From Anaerolineales bacterium (GTDB lineage Bacteria; Chloroflexota; Anaerolineae; Anaerolineales; E44-bin32), in contig DATEAV010000111.1 of assembly GCA_035288185.1 (NCBI GenBank), positions 1-38,757 of the forward strand: a DNA stretch of 38,757 nt. Direction: 5' to 3'. A model generated the notes under the pieces. That model saw only the letters and a list, made by a program, of their open reading frames with translations, did no database searches and had not been told where the DNA came from. Position numbers and translations under genes: made by a program. Positions 26,801 through 34,732 of this stretch are shown piece after piece. How positions within the stretch are numbered: position 1 is the first letter of the stretch; each line of letters begins with the position of its first letter.

Positions 26801-28555
26801 CTATTGCGTGGGCTCGAGCCACTCGATGAAGACGACGATGGTGGACTGCGCTGTGTAGTCCCGCGCCAGGCTGGCAGCCGCACCGATCACCCGGATCGGG
26901 CTCAGGAAATCGGTGCTATCGTTATAGTCATCGAGCGAAAAGCCGGCCTGGCCTTCGCGGATCTGTCCGAGAAGCCCCTCGAGATCCAGATAGAAGGTGG
27001 GAATCTGCCCGCTGGGGAATGACGCCCATGTTGCCCGGTAGGTCTCATCATCGGCGAGGGATGCTCCCCCCGCGAACGCGGCCTCGACGAGGTCGGTCCC
27101 TGTGGCGACGAAGAGCGAGCCCTCCCCAACTCCGTAGACCAGAGCGGTGGTCTGCTGGAAAGGATCCGCCAACTGGTAGGCCTCGACTCCCCCGACGGTG
27201 GTTTGCAGCACCGTTAGGCCCTCACTCTCGGGGATCTGGTCGGTGAGGATTTCGATCGTCGTCCGAAGGGCCTCCTCCTGAGTGGTCTCGGCCAGCACCA
27301 AGGAACCCAGCCGGATCTCGAGCATCTCGGGCAACAGGCCTTCAGAGCTTGGCCCCAGCCCAAGGGCGATTTCGCCATCCAGGTAGGCGAAGAGATCGTC
27401 CCCAAGATCGATCCCGATTTGGTCCTCCAGAAGACGGATGGACTCGGCGAGGTCGGCATAGGCTTCATCCTCGGCGAAGTTGTCCTCGAAATCCCTCCAA
27501 CCGGTCGAGAGGCCTCGGGTGGCCAGGAAAAAGAACGTGTCTTCGGGGAAGCGGCGGTCGATGGTGAGCGGATCGATCCCGGCTTCGAAGGCCTCGAGCT
27601 GGGTCTCCGTCATGACCTCCGGGTCGTAGAGGATCGACCCGTTGAAGCGCACCCCTACGTCTATCACCGAGGCCGAGGCGCCCATGCCGGTAAGGCCGCC
27701 GGCCTGCAGGCCCCAAAGCGGGGAGACCGGCATGGAGGTGTCGGTCGCCTCCTGGGCCAATCCTGCGAATTCCTCGACATCGACAAAGGCGGTGAGGATC
27801 GCGTCGGATGGCAGCCGGCTTGAGGTCTCGCGGAAGGCATCGGTGTCGGCGAGGGACTCCCCGCGCTGCGCGTCGATGGACGTCCGTAGCGCCTCGGCGC
27901 TCGACCCGATGAGAACGTAGCTCCCGGACCGCGCGAGCGCTCCTTCCCCGGTGGATCCACTGACGAACTCATAGAGGGTGACGCCCTCATACTCGCTTTC
28001 TTCAAAGTCAGCGCCTTGCTCGTCGGCAAGTGCTTCGCGCAATCTCTCCAGGAACGCGTCGGCGCCACCCCGGTCTCGGACCTCAATCGCGATCACCCAA
28101 TCGGCCCTCTCGAGCCCGGAGAATTCATTCATCTGGAGGTCAGACAGGCCGATCCCGGCGTATTGCCCGATCCAGGGGAGCACGTCCTCCGTGATCGTCA
28201 TCCCGATCTCGGCCTGCATGGTGTCATCGGCCTCCTCGATGACGGTATCGAGGTCGTGCAAGGTCGAGCCCGTCGCCTCGGCGAAGGTAGCGATGAGCCG
28301 ATCGACCTCCTCCGATCTCGCCCGGGCGAGGTCGACACCGATGTAGAGCGGCACATCAGGAGGCATTGCTGTGGCCGCCCCCGCCCCACCCCCGAACAGG
28401 CGGGCGATCCAGCCGAACGGGTCCAGGACGGCGAAGATGACGGCCGCAACGACGCAGATGCACGCGAGGCCCGCGAGGGCGACGCCGACCCCGATGAAGA
28501 TGCCCCGCCGGCTAGGCCTCGGCGCTGGGGCTTGGGCTGGTGCGACTTCGTTCAT
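26801..28555 (-). CDS. Membrane-anchored extracytoplasmic protein of unknown function (possibly DUF3352-like)
   Basis: 584 aa, with an N-terminal TM segment GIFIGVGVALAGLACICVVAAVIFAVL followed by an acidic soluble domain. Its ATG overlaps the MFS stop (ATGA at 28552-28555). Confidence 0.7.
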   Translation of the reverse strand: MNEVAPAQAPAPRPSRRGIFIGVGVALAGLACICVVAAVIFAVLDPFGWIARLFGGGAGAATAMPPDVPLYIGVDLARARSEEVDRLIATFAEATGSTLHDLDTVIEEADDTMQAEIGMTITEDVLPWIGQYAGIGLSDLQMNEFSGLERADWVIAIEVRDRGGADAFLERLREALADEQGADFEESEYEGVTLYEFVSGSTGEGALARSGSYVLIGSSAEALRTSIDAQRGESLADTDAFRETSSRLPSDAILTAFVDVEEFAGLAQEATDTSMPVSPLWGLQAGGLTGMGASASVIDVGVRFNGSILYDPEVMTETQLEAFEAGIDPLTIDRRFPEDTFFFLATRGLSTGWRDFEDNFAEDEAYADLAESIRLLEDQIGIDLGDDLFAYLDGEIALGLGPSSEGLLPEMLEIRLGSLVLAETTQEEALRTTIEILTDQIPESEGLTVLQTTVGGVEAYQLADPFQQTTALVYGVGEGSLFVATGTDLVEAAFAGGASLADDETYRATWASFPSGQIPTFYLDLEGLLGQIREGQAGFSLDDYNDSTDFLSPIRVIGAAASLARDYTAQSTIVVFIEWLEPTQ

Positions 28556-30120
28556 GACTCCTCCCTTTCTCTAGCCGCCGTCCTCAGGAGGAGGACGGGA
28601 GCGAGCGCAAAGACACAAATGAGGCCCGCGACCCAAAACGTCTCCCCGATCACCCGTTCCGCCACCTGCATACCAACCCGGGCCATCTCCGCCAGGCTCG
28701 CGCCTTCCGGGAGCAGCCGGGCTGTGAGGACATCCGCCCGCTGCAGGCCGTAGGTGGTAATACTGGAGACCCCGGTCGTCATGCCCACAAGCCGGAAGAG
28801 GATGACCAGCGAGGAAGCTGCACCTCGCTGACCGGGCGGGGCCGAATTCACCACTGCCGCCGCCACCGGGGCCAGGGTGAGCCCGAAACCGATCCCCGTG
28901 AGCACGAGGTGAGGCGCCATGCTGGCGTAGGACGTGGCCGCATCCCAACCCGTCATCAAGGCGAATCCCAGAATCGCAAGCATCAAGCCCAGCGCCGCCG
29001 TGGCCCGGTAGCCCCGGCGCTCGGTGAGCCAGCCGCCGGGGATCGCGGCAAAGGCCATCGGGACGGTGAGTGCCGAGAGCATCCAACCGCTGTCCCAGGC
29101 TCCTTGCGCCGGGGTTGCGGCCACGAGCGTGTTGATAAAGAGTGGGACGTTGGCAATGGCGATGAAGAGGGAAAACCCGGTGAGGAAGTTTGCCAGGCTG
29201 GCGGCAGAGAAGTTGCGGCTCCGGAAGAGTGAGAGGTGGAGGAGAGGATCCTTGGCGCGGCGCTGCCGCCACACGAAGCCGGCCGTCAGCAGCACGGCAG
29301 CCGCGACCGCCGGGCCTGCATACCGAGGCAGCCCTTCCTGTCGTCCCGAGAAGCCGCTCTCGCCCCCCTCGCCGCCGGCTCCCAGGCCAATGATGAGCAA
29401 GGCAAGGGCGGCGGTAATCAGGGCCGCGCCCACCCAATCCATCCGCCCACGCTCAGCCGTGGGGACGTCGGGGCGAAGCCTACGAAGAATCAGCAGGAAT
29501 GCCAGGAGGCAGATCGGGAGATTGAGCCAGAAGATCGTACGCCAGTCCCAGAACCGGACCAGGATTCCCCCGTAGAGGTGGCCCACGACCCATCCGGCCG
29601 TATCCACGGCCGCGATCACGCCGAGCGGCCTGGCTCGCCTCTCGGGCGGGTAGAGGTCGGCCACCAGGGCCATGCCCACCGGCACCATCGCGCCGCCGCC
29701 GAAGGCCTGGATCATCCGCGCCGCCACCAGCATCCACAACGAGACGTAGGCCGGATCCGGCCGGCCCGAAGCCAGGGAATAGTAGGATCGCAAGGCGAGG
29801 CGGGTGGGCCAGCCGTCCGCGCTGGCCACGAGATAGGACCCCAGCGCGAAGATGGCGAGCGAGGCCAGGTAGGCGCGTCGCCGGCCGTGCAGGTCCGACA
29901 GCCGGCCCATGAAGGTCATCGAGATGCTGTAGGCGAGCAGATAGCCTGTGACAATCCAGGCGGCGTCGTCCAGGCCCGTCTGCAGGGGGATTTCCAGATC
30001 GAGAATCACATGCGGGAGGACGGCCGAGACGACGGTGAGGTCGAGCGCGCCGATGAAGATCGGCAGGCTGATGAGAGCGATCGTCGCGGTGGGAGAGGGG
30101 GCGCGCCGCGGCGAGGTCAT
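28552..30120 (-). CDS. MFS transporter, 14-TMS drug:H+ antiporter (DHA2/EmrB-like) type
   Basis: About 14 hydrophobic segments. MFS motif A-like GRLSDLHGRRRAYL. Start chosen at the ATG at 30120 (MTSPRRAP), which overlaps the stop of the upstream lipoprotein gene (ATGA at 30117-30120). Confidence 0.85.
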   Translation of the reverse strand: MTSPRRAPSPTATIALISLPIFIGALDLTVVSAVLPHVILDLEIPLQTGLDDAAWIVTGYLLAYSISMTFMGRLSDLHGRRRAYLASLAIFALGSYLVASADGWPTRLALRSYYSLASGRPDPAYVSLWMLVAARMIQAFGGGAMVPVGMALVADLYPPERRARPLGVIAAVDTAGWVVGHLYGGILVRFWDWRTIFWLNLPICLLAFLLILRRLRPDVPTAERGRMDWVGAALITAALALLIIGLGAGGEGGESGFSGRQEGLPRYAGPAVAAAVLLTAGFVWRQRRAKDPLLHLSLFRSRNFSAASLANFLTGFSLFIAIANVPLFINTLVAATPAQGAWDSGWMLSALTVPMAFAAIPGGWLTERRGYRATAALGLMLAILGFALMTGWDAATSYASMAPHLVLTGIGFGLTLAPVAAAVVNSAPPGQRGAASSLVILFRLVGMTTGVSSITTYGLQRADVLTARLLPEGASLAEMARVGMQVAERVIGETFWVAGLICVFALAPVLLLRTAAREREES

Positions 30121-30842
30121 TCGGCCGGCTGGTCTCCGAGGATTGGAGGCAGGATCTCGGGGATCTGATCGAAGTCCCAGAAGTCGATCGTCCAGATCGT
30201 GTCTTCCTCCTCGCCGGGCTCCACAAGGATCATGCGGTAGACCTCGAACGTGCCGGGCGCGATCCAAAGCTCGGCATCGGCCGCCTCCGGGCCGATCATC
30301 CCATACGACACCGCGTAGAGCCGCTCGCCCGCAAAGCGTCCTTGCAAGTGGTAGAGGCGTTGCCCGGGGGTCTCTTCAAGCTCCTCCGTTCCCAGGAGCA
30401 CGAGGCCGGAGAGGTCTTCGACGAGCGCGGCCTGGATTCCCGATTCGGGGTCGAAGAGGACCGCGGGGTTGAATCCCCAATCGGGCGGCAGCTCCTGCCA
30501 CTCGCCGGTGAGGAAATCGGTTTCCCACTGGACAGCGCCGATGCTGATCACGCTGATCTCGGCCACCATGCCGGGCGCGATCACCCGGATCGTGGCCTGC
30601 ACCCGATCCGGTGAGGCATATTCGCCTTCGGCCCGCCGGAAGGAAAGGGTGTCCTGCGGATCGAGGAATGCCGAAGCCCCTTCTCGCTCGATCAGGAAGT
30701 GAAAACCGGGCATGCTCCGCATTCGCCCTGCGGAACGGCTCACGATTTCGTCGACGGGGAGATCGGGCGTGGGCGCGGGGCTGCACGCCGAAAGAGCAAC
30801 GGCGGCCAGCAGCACCATCTGTGGAGCAACGCCCCGGTCCAT
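30117..30842 (-). CDS. Lipoprotein of the LppX/LprAFG (LprG-like) family
   Basis: Lipobox LLAAVALSAC. By eye it aligns along its length with M. tuberculosis LprG (for example AELWIAPGTFEVYRM versus ATVWIQETGDHQL, and NPAVLFDPESGIQAAL versus AQVLNPDTGLANVL). About 240 aa, as in LprG. Confidence 0.65.
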   Translation of the reverse strand: MDRGVAPQMVLLAAVALSACSPAPTPDLPVDEIVSRSAGRMRSMPGFHFLIEREGASAFLDPQDTLSFRRAEGEYASPDRVQATIRVIAPGMVAEISVISIGAVQWETDFLTGEWQELPPDWGFNPAVLFDPESGIQAALVEDLSGLVLLGTEELEETPGQRLYHLQGRFAGERLYAVSYGMIGPEAADAELWIAPGTFEVYRMILVEPGEEEDTIWTIDFWDFDQIPEILPPILGDQPAE

Positions 30843-31140
30843 ACGCGGAAAGGCCCTTGCGCCACTCTACCCTGATTCGGTGCTGCGGGCAATTGCCCCC
30901 GTCGGACTACGAGCCAATTCCCGCGAAAGGGTGCGGGGGTTGTACGGCAGGCCGGCTTCCCTGTGCGGGAGCCGCACTCGATCGGCTCGCCGGCTTCTCG
31001 AGGGCTCATCGCCGGCCCGCTCGATGCCTCTCCCTGCTCCCTTCTCGCCCGCATTGCGGGCGGCTGGGTCGGGCCCCCACACGCGCCGAAAGGCCCACGA
31101 GAGTCACGGCCGTCCGAGGGGAACACCGAGGCAAGCTGGC

Positions 31141-31224
31141 GTAGGGGCGAAGCATCGGGAGATAGCTGATGCCGTCGCTACTGGGAGGGCGAAGCATCGG
31201 AGGAGCTCGATGCTTCGCCCCTAC
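31141..31224. repeat. Palindromic element: one 17-nt right arm (CGATGCTTCGCCCCTAC) and two alternative left arms (GTAGGGGCGAAGCATCG at 31141; GGGCGAAGCATCG at 31187)
   Basis: Arms read directly. 31208-31224 pairs either with 31141-31157 (17 bp, 50-nt loop) or with 31187-31199 (13 bp, 8-nt loop). Confidence 0.8.
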
Positions 31225-31520
31225 ACGTATCGAAGAGCGGTGCGGGCCCGTACCCACAGCGGAGGGGGCCGGAGCGAGTCCAGCGACTCTGCTCACGCTC
31301 GTGGGCGCGAGGCACCCAGGGACCGTTCGTCATTCCGTCCCGCCCGGCAGTCCGTTCGGGCAGCAGGGGCCGCCGCGGCCTGGCGCCCGGATGGCGCCGA
31401 GCCGGGCAGGCGGCGAGACGGGCTGCGGTTCTGGGCAGGTGTGGCCTTCGGAGGGCAGGCGGGCTCTGCCGCTATGCCGACTGTCCACGCGCCTCCACTC
31501 GCATCTGAGGGAGTCCCGTT

Positions 31521-31597
31521 CTTAACGTCATCCTGAGGCCGTCTTGCGTTGGGCTTCCTCATCGCGTTGGCTGGGAGGCCGAAGGATGACGTTTAAG
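31521..31597. repeat. Imperfect inverted repeat (CTTAACGTCATCCTGAGGCC ... GGCCGAAGGATGACGTTTAAG)
   Basis: 11 bp + 4 bp + 3 bp of pairing with small mismatches and a 36-nt loop. The loop itself carries GCGTTGG twice. Confidence 0.7.
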
Positions 31598-31607
31598 GGG
31601 GGCGGCT

Positions 31608-31691
31608 GACCACCGACTACCGATCACTGATCAATCATCACCGACCAGTGACCACGGACCACCGACCACTGATCACCGATCACTGATCACT
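31608..31691. repeat. Tandem heptanucleotide array, 12 units, consensus GAYCACY (STRR-like)
   Basis: Parsed directly: GACCACC GACTACC GATCACT GATCAAT CATCACC GACCAGT GACCACG GACCACC GACCACT GATCACC GATCACT GATCACT. Contains 5 GATC and 3 TGATCA sites. Confidence 0.85.
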
Positions 31692-31912
31692 CTTTCAACG
31701 CGCGAACGCGCGAGCCAGCACGAAGTGGTGAGAGTCGCGCAGGCGCGCGCGGGTTCGACGCGTGAGACAGCGACGGAAGGCGCCCGGACTACGCCCTCAA
31801 GCAACAGCGTGGACGCCCGCTGGCGGAGTCCTCATGGGCATTCCCGGATTGAAAGGGCGCGATGTTTGGGGGACCATCATTGGCTATGCGCAACGCTACG
31901 GCCGTGGAAGCG

Positions 31913-31940
31913 TTGACTTCACCCTGTTTCATGGCAAAAT
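31913..31940 (+). promoter_or_regulatory. Candidate glpABC promoter: TTGACT - 16 nt - CAAAAT
   Basis: -35 TTGACT at 31913-31918 and a -10-like CAAAAT at 31935-31940. The glpA GTG is at 31950, so the leader would be only a few nt. Confidence 0.3.
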
Positions 31941-31949
31941 GAGCCCGCC

Positions 31950-33509
31950 GTGCCCAGCCTCTCCACCCAACTCCTCGTCATCGGCGGCGGCGCCACTGGC
32001 CTCGGCGTCGCCTGGGATGCCTGCCTGCGCGGCCTGAAGGTCGTCCTCATCGAACAAGGCGACCTCGGACAGGGAACGTCCGGCCGGTATCACGGGCTGC
32101 TCCACTCCGGCGGACGCTACGTCATCTCCGATCCACCATCGGCCCGCGATTGCGCCTCCGAAAACCGAATCCTACGCCGCATCGCTCCACACACGATCGA
32201 AGACACGGGCGGGCTTTTCGCCGCCGCTCCGGCCGATCCGGGGGATTTCGCCGACGCCTGGGCCGCGGCGTGCCGCGCCTGCGGCGTCCCGGCGGAGGAA
32301 GTGCGCATCGCCGCCGCGCTGCGAAGGGAGCCGCTGCTCAACCCTCGCATGACCCGGGCCTTCGAGGTGAGAGACGCGGCGCTGGACTCCTTCGACCTGC
32401 TCCACGCCCTCACGGGCGCGATTCGGGGCGCTGGGGGCCAGGTCTCGCTGCGCCACAGGCTCGAGGGCCTTCTTGTCGAGGACGGCCGGGTGCGCGGAGC
32501 GCGGGTCATCGTCCGGCCCTCCGGTGAGGCCCTGACCATCGGCGCCGACATGGTCGTCAACGCTGCCGGGCCCTGGGCAGGAAAGGTGGCTCAATCGGCG
32601 GGCGTCCGGCTTCCCTTCGCCCTTGGCAAGGGGACGATGTTGGCCATGGCGAGCCGGCTCGTCCACACCGTGGTCAATCGGCTCAAGCCCCCCTCCGACG
32701 GTGACATCATCGTGCCGGTGGGAACGGTGACCGTGCTCGGGACGACCGACGTCCCTATCGCCGAACCGGATGAGCTCGGCATTGAGGGGTGGGAGATCGA
32801 TCTTCTCCTCGCCGAAGGGGAAGTGTTGATCCCTGAGCTCCCCCGGCATCGCGCCCTGCGGGCCTGGGCGGGAGTCCGCCCGTTGTGGAGGCCCGAGAAG
32901 GGAACGGACGCCACTCGCACACTTCCACGCGCTCATCTCATCCTCGACCACGAGGAACGCGACGGAGTGCGCGGCCTGGTCAGCGTGATCGGCGGGAAGT
33001 TGACGACATTCCGGCTGATGGCCGAGCAGGCGATGGACATCGTCGCCCCGCGGCTGGGGAACTCCGCGCCCTGCAAGACGGCGGACACGCCTCTCGAGAA
33101 GCCGGGGCAGCACTACTTCGCCCTCCCTCTCCGGTGGAAGGAGATCGATCCCCCCGCCCACCCACCCTCGCCCGATGAAGTCATCTGCGAGTGCGAGGTT
33201 GTGACGCTCAGCCGACTCGAGAAGGCCTTGGGAGCTTCGGAGACATTGGAGCTCGATGACGTCCGGCGAGATCTGCGCCTGGGCATGGGCCCCTGTCAGG
33301 CGGGCTTCTGCGCCTATCGCGCCGCCGGCGTCGCCCAGGCTCTCGGCCGCGACGCCCGGGGGTCTGCGTGGCTCCTCGAGTTTCTCGCGGAGCGATGGCG
33401 TGGGATCCGGCCGCTGGGTTGGGGATCCGGGCTGCGCCAGATGGAGCTCACCCGGCGGATCTACCTCGAATTGCTCGGCGCGACCGCGGCCGAGGAGGCC
33501 CAGCCATGA
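31950..33509 (+). CDS. glpA: Anaerobic glycerol-3-phosphate dehydrogenase subunit A
   Basis: LLVIGGGATGLGVAWDACLRGLKVVLIEQGDLGQGTSGRYHGLLHSGGRY (FAD fold). The C-terminal ICECEVV...GMGPCQAGFC is a BFD-like 2Fe-2S motif. Confidence 0.9.
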   Translation: MPSLSTQLLVIGGGATGLGVAWDACLRGLKVVLIEQGDLGQGTSGRYHGLLHSGGRYVISDPPSARDCASENRILRRIAPHTIEDTGGLFAAAPADPGDFADAWAAACRACGVPAEEVRIAAALRREPLLNPRMTRAFEVRDAALDSFDLLHALTGAIRGAGGQVSLRHRLEGLLVEDGRVRGARVIVRPSGEALTIGADMVVNAAGPWAGKVAQSAGVRLPFALGKGTMLAMASRLVHTVVNRLKPPSDGDIIVPVGTVTVLGTTDVPIAEPDELGIEGWEIDLLLAEGEVLIPELPRHRALRAWAGVRPLWRPEKGTDATRTLPRAHLILDHEERDGVRGLVSVIGGKLTTFRLMAEQAMDIVAPRLGNSAPCKTADTPLEKPGQHYFALPLRWKEIDPPAHPPSPDEVICECEVVTLSRLEKALGASETLELDDVRRDLRLGMGPCQAGFCAYRAAGVAQALGRDARGSAWLLEFLAERWRGIRPLGWGSGLRQMELTRRIYLELLGATAAEEAQP

Positions 33510-34732
33510 GAGACCTCCTCATCGTGGGCGCCGGGCTTACCGGCCTCTTTTCCGCCGCCCTGGCTGCCCGGCGCGGCGTCCGGGTGGCTTTGATCGCCGA
33601 GGGCCGCGGCTCGCTCGAGCTCTCCCACGGTTGCATCGACGTTTCCGGCGGCCTCTCTCCCCACCTCGTCGTCCAGCAGTCACGCGCAGATCACCCCTAC
33701 TCACTGGCCGGCCTCGAGAACCTCGAGGCTGCGATTCGAGAGTTTCGCAGCCTGATGCAATCTGCCGGCTTGCCCTATTCCGGTGACCTCGGGCGAGCTC
33801 TCCGCCTTCCCACCGCCCTGGGAACCGAACACGCCACCTCATTGGCGCCGGCGCCATTGGCCGCCGGGGACCATGCCAGCGGCGGCCCCCTCACGTACGC
33901 GGATCTCATCGGCTTTCGGGATTTTCATGCCGGCCTCGCGGCCGCGGAGATGGCCAGGCTCGGTGCGCCCGTCGGGGAGCCGCTTCATCTCCCCCTCCTC
34001 GACGCCCCCGCTCACCGCGATTCCTACGCCACCGACCTGGCACGTCTCTTCGACGACGCTCGGCGTCGCGAGGAGATCGCCCGCGCCTGGAAGCCGCAGA
34101 TGCGCGGCGTGCGCCGGCTCGCCCTGCCGGCAGTGATCGGCCTCGACCGATCCGCCGAGGCCTTCGCCGACCTGGAAAAGCGCCTCGGCGTGCCCATTTG
34201 CGAGATCCCCACCCTTCCCCCGTCGGTGCCGGGGCTCCGCCTCGAGGGCGCGCTTCGCCGGATTGCGGTGGAGGCCGGGGCCTGGCTGCTCGATGGCGCT
34301 CGAGCCGTGGGCCGCGTGGACGGGAGAAGCGACGGCCGGAGAGTGTCGGGCGTCGTGGCGCACACCGCCGGCGGCCCGCGCCAACTCGACGCTGCGGCGG
34401 TGATCCTCGCTACCGGCGGGGTGCTGCACGGCGGGCTCGTGGCCCGACAGAACGGGCTCGTCCAGGAATCCGTTTTCGACCTTCCCGTCACCTTCCGCGG
34501 GGAGCGGGAAGACTGGACCTCCCCGAGCGCGCTCTCGCCCCAATCCTATGCACGGTTTGGGCTCACCGTCAGCGCAGACATGCGCCCGATCGGAGCCCAC
34601 GGAGAGCCGCTCTTCGAGAACTTGTTTGCGGCGGGCGGGATCCTGGCGGGAGCCGACCGTGCCGCCGAAGGGTCTCGCCAGGGGATCGACCTGGCGACGG
34701 CCCATCGGGCACTGGAGGCGGCCGGCGCATGA
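33506..34732 (+). CDS. glpB: Anaerobic glycerol-3-phosphate dehydrogenase subunit B
   Basis: MRDLLIVGAGLTGLFSAALAARRG (FAD-binding). Positioned between glpA and glpC. Its ATG overlaps the glpA stop (ATGA at 33506-33509). Confidence 0.85.
   Translation: MRDLLIVGAGLTGLFSAALAARRGVRVALIAEGRGSLELSHGCIDVSGGLSPHLVVQQSRADHPYSLAGLENLEAAIREFRSLMQSAGLPYSGDLGRALRLPTALGTEHATSLAPAPLAAGDHASGGPLTYADLIGFRDFHAGLAAAEMARLGAPVGEPLHLPLLDAPAHRDSYATDLARLFDDARRREEIARAWKPQMRGVRRLALPAVIGLDRSAEAFADLEKRLGVPICEIPTLPPSVPGLRLEGALRRIAVEAGAWLLDGARAVGRVDGRSDGRRVSGVVAHTAGGPRQLDAAAVILATGGVLHGGLVARQNGLVQESVFDLPVTFRGEREDWTSPSALSPQSYARFGLTVSADMRPIGAHGEPLFENLFAAGGILAGADRAAEGSRQGIDLATAHRALEAAGA

Noticed and set aside
30712-31536. 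274-aa plus-strand ORF spanning the large intergenic region
   Set aside because: It starts inside the LprG-like gene on the opposite strand, is extremely Arg/Ala/Gly-rich, and reads straight through the palindromic repeat at 31141-31224. It has no protein-like segments.
31608-31691. Possibility that the regularly spaced short repeats are a CRISPR array
   Set aside because: The units are 7 nt and directly abutting with no spacers. No cas genes are in the window. This is a tandem heptamer array, not a CRISPR array.
31741-31770. GGGTTCGACGCG, a tRNA T-loop-like string suggesting a tRNA gene
   Set aside because: No acceptor, D or anticodon arms can be drawn around it. The only genuine tRNA-like T-arm in the window (GGGTTCGATTCCCGCC) belongs to the tmRNA.
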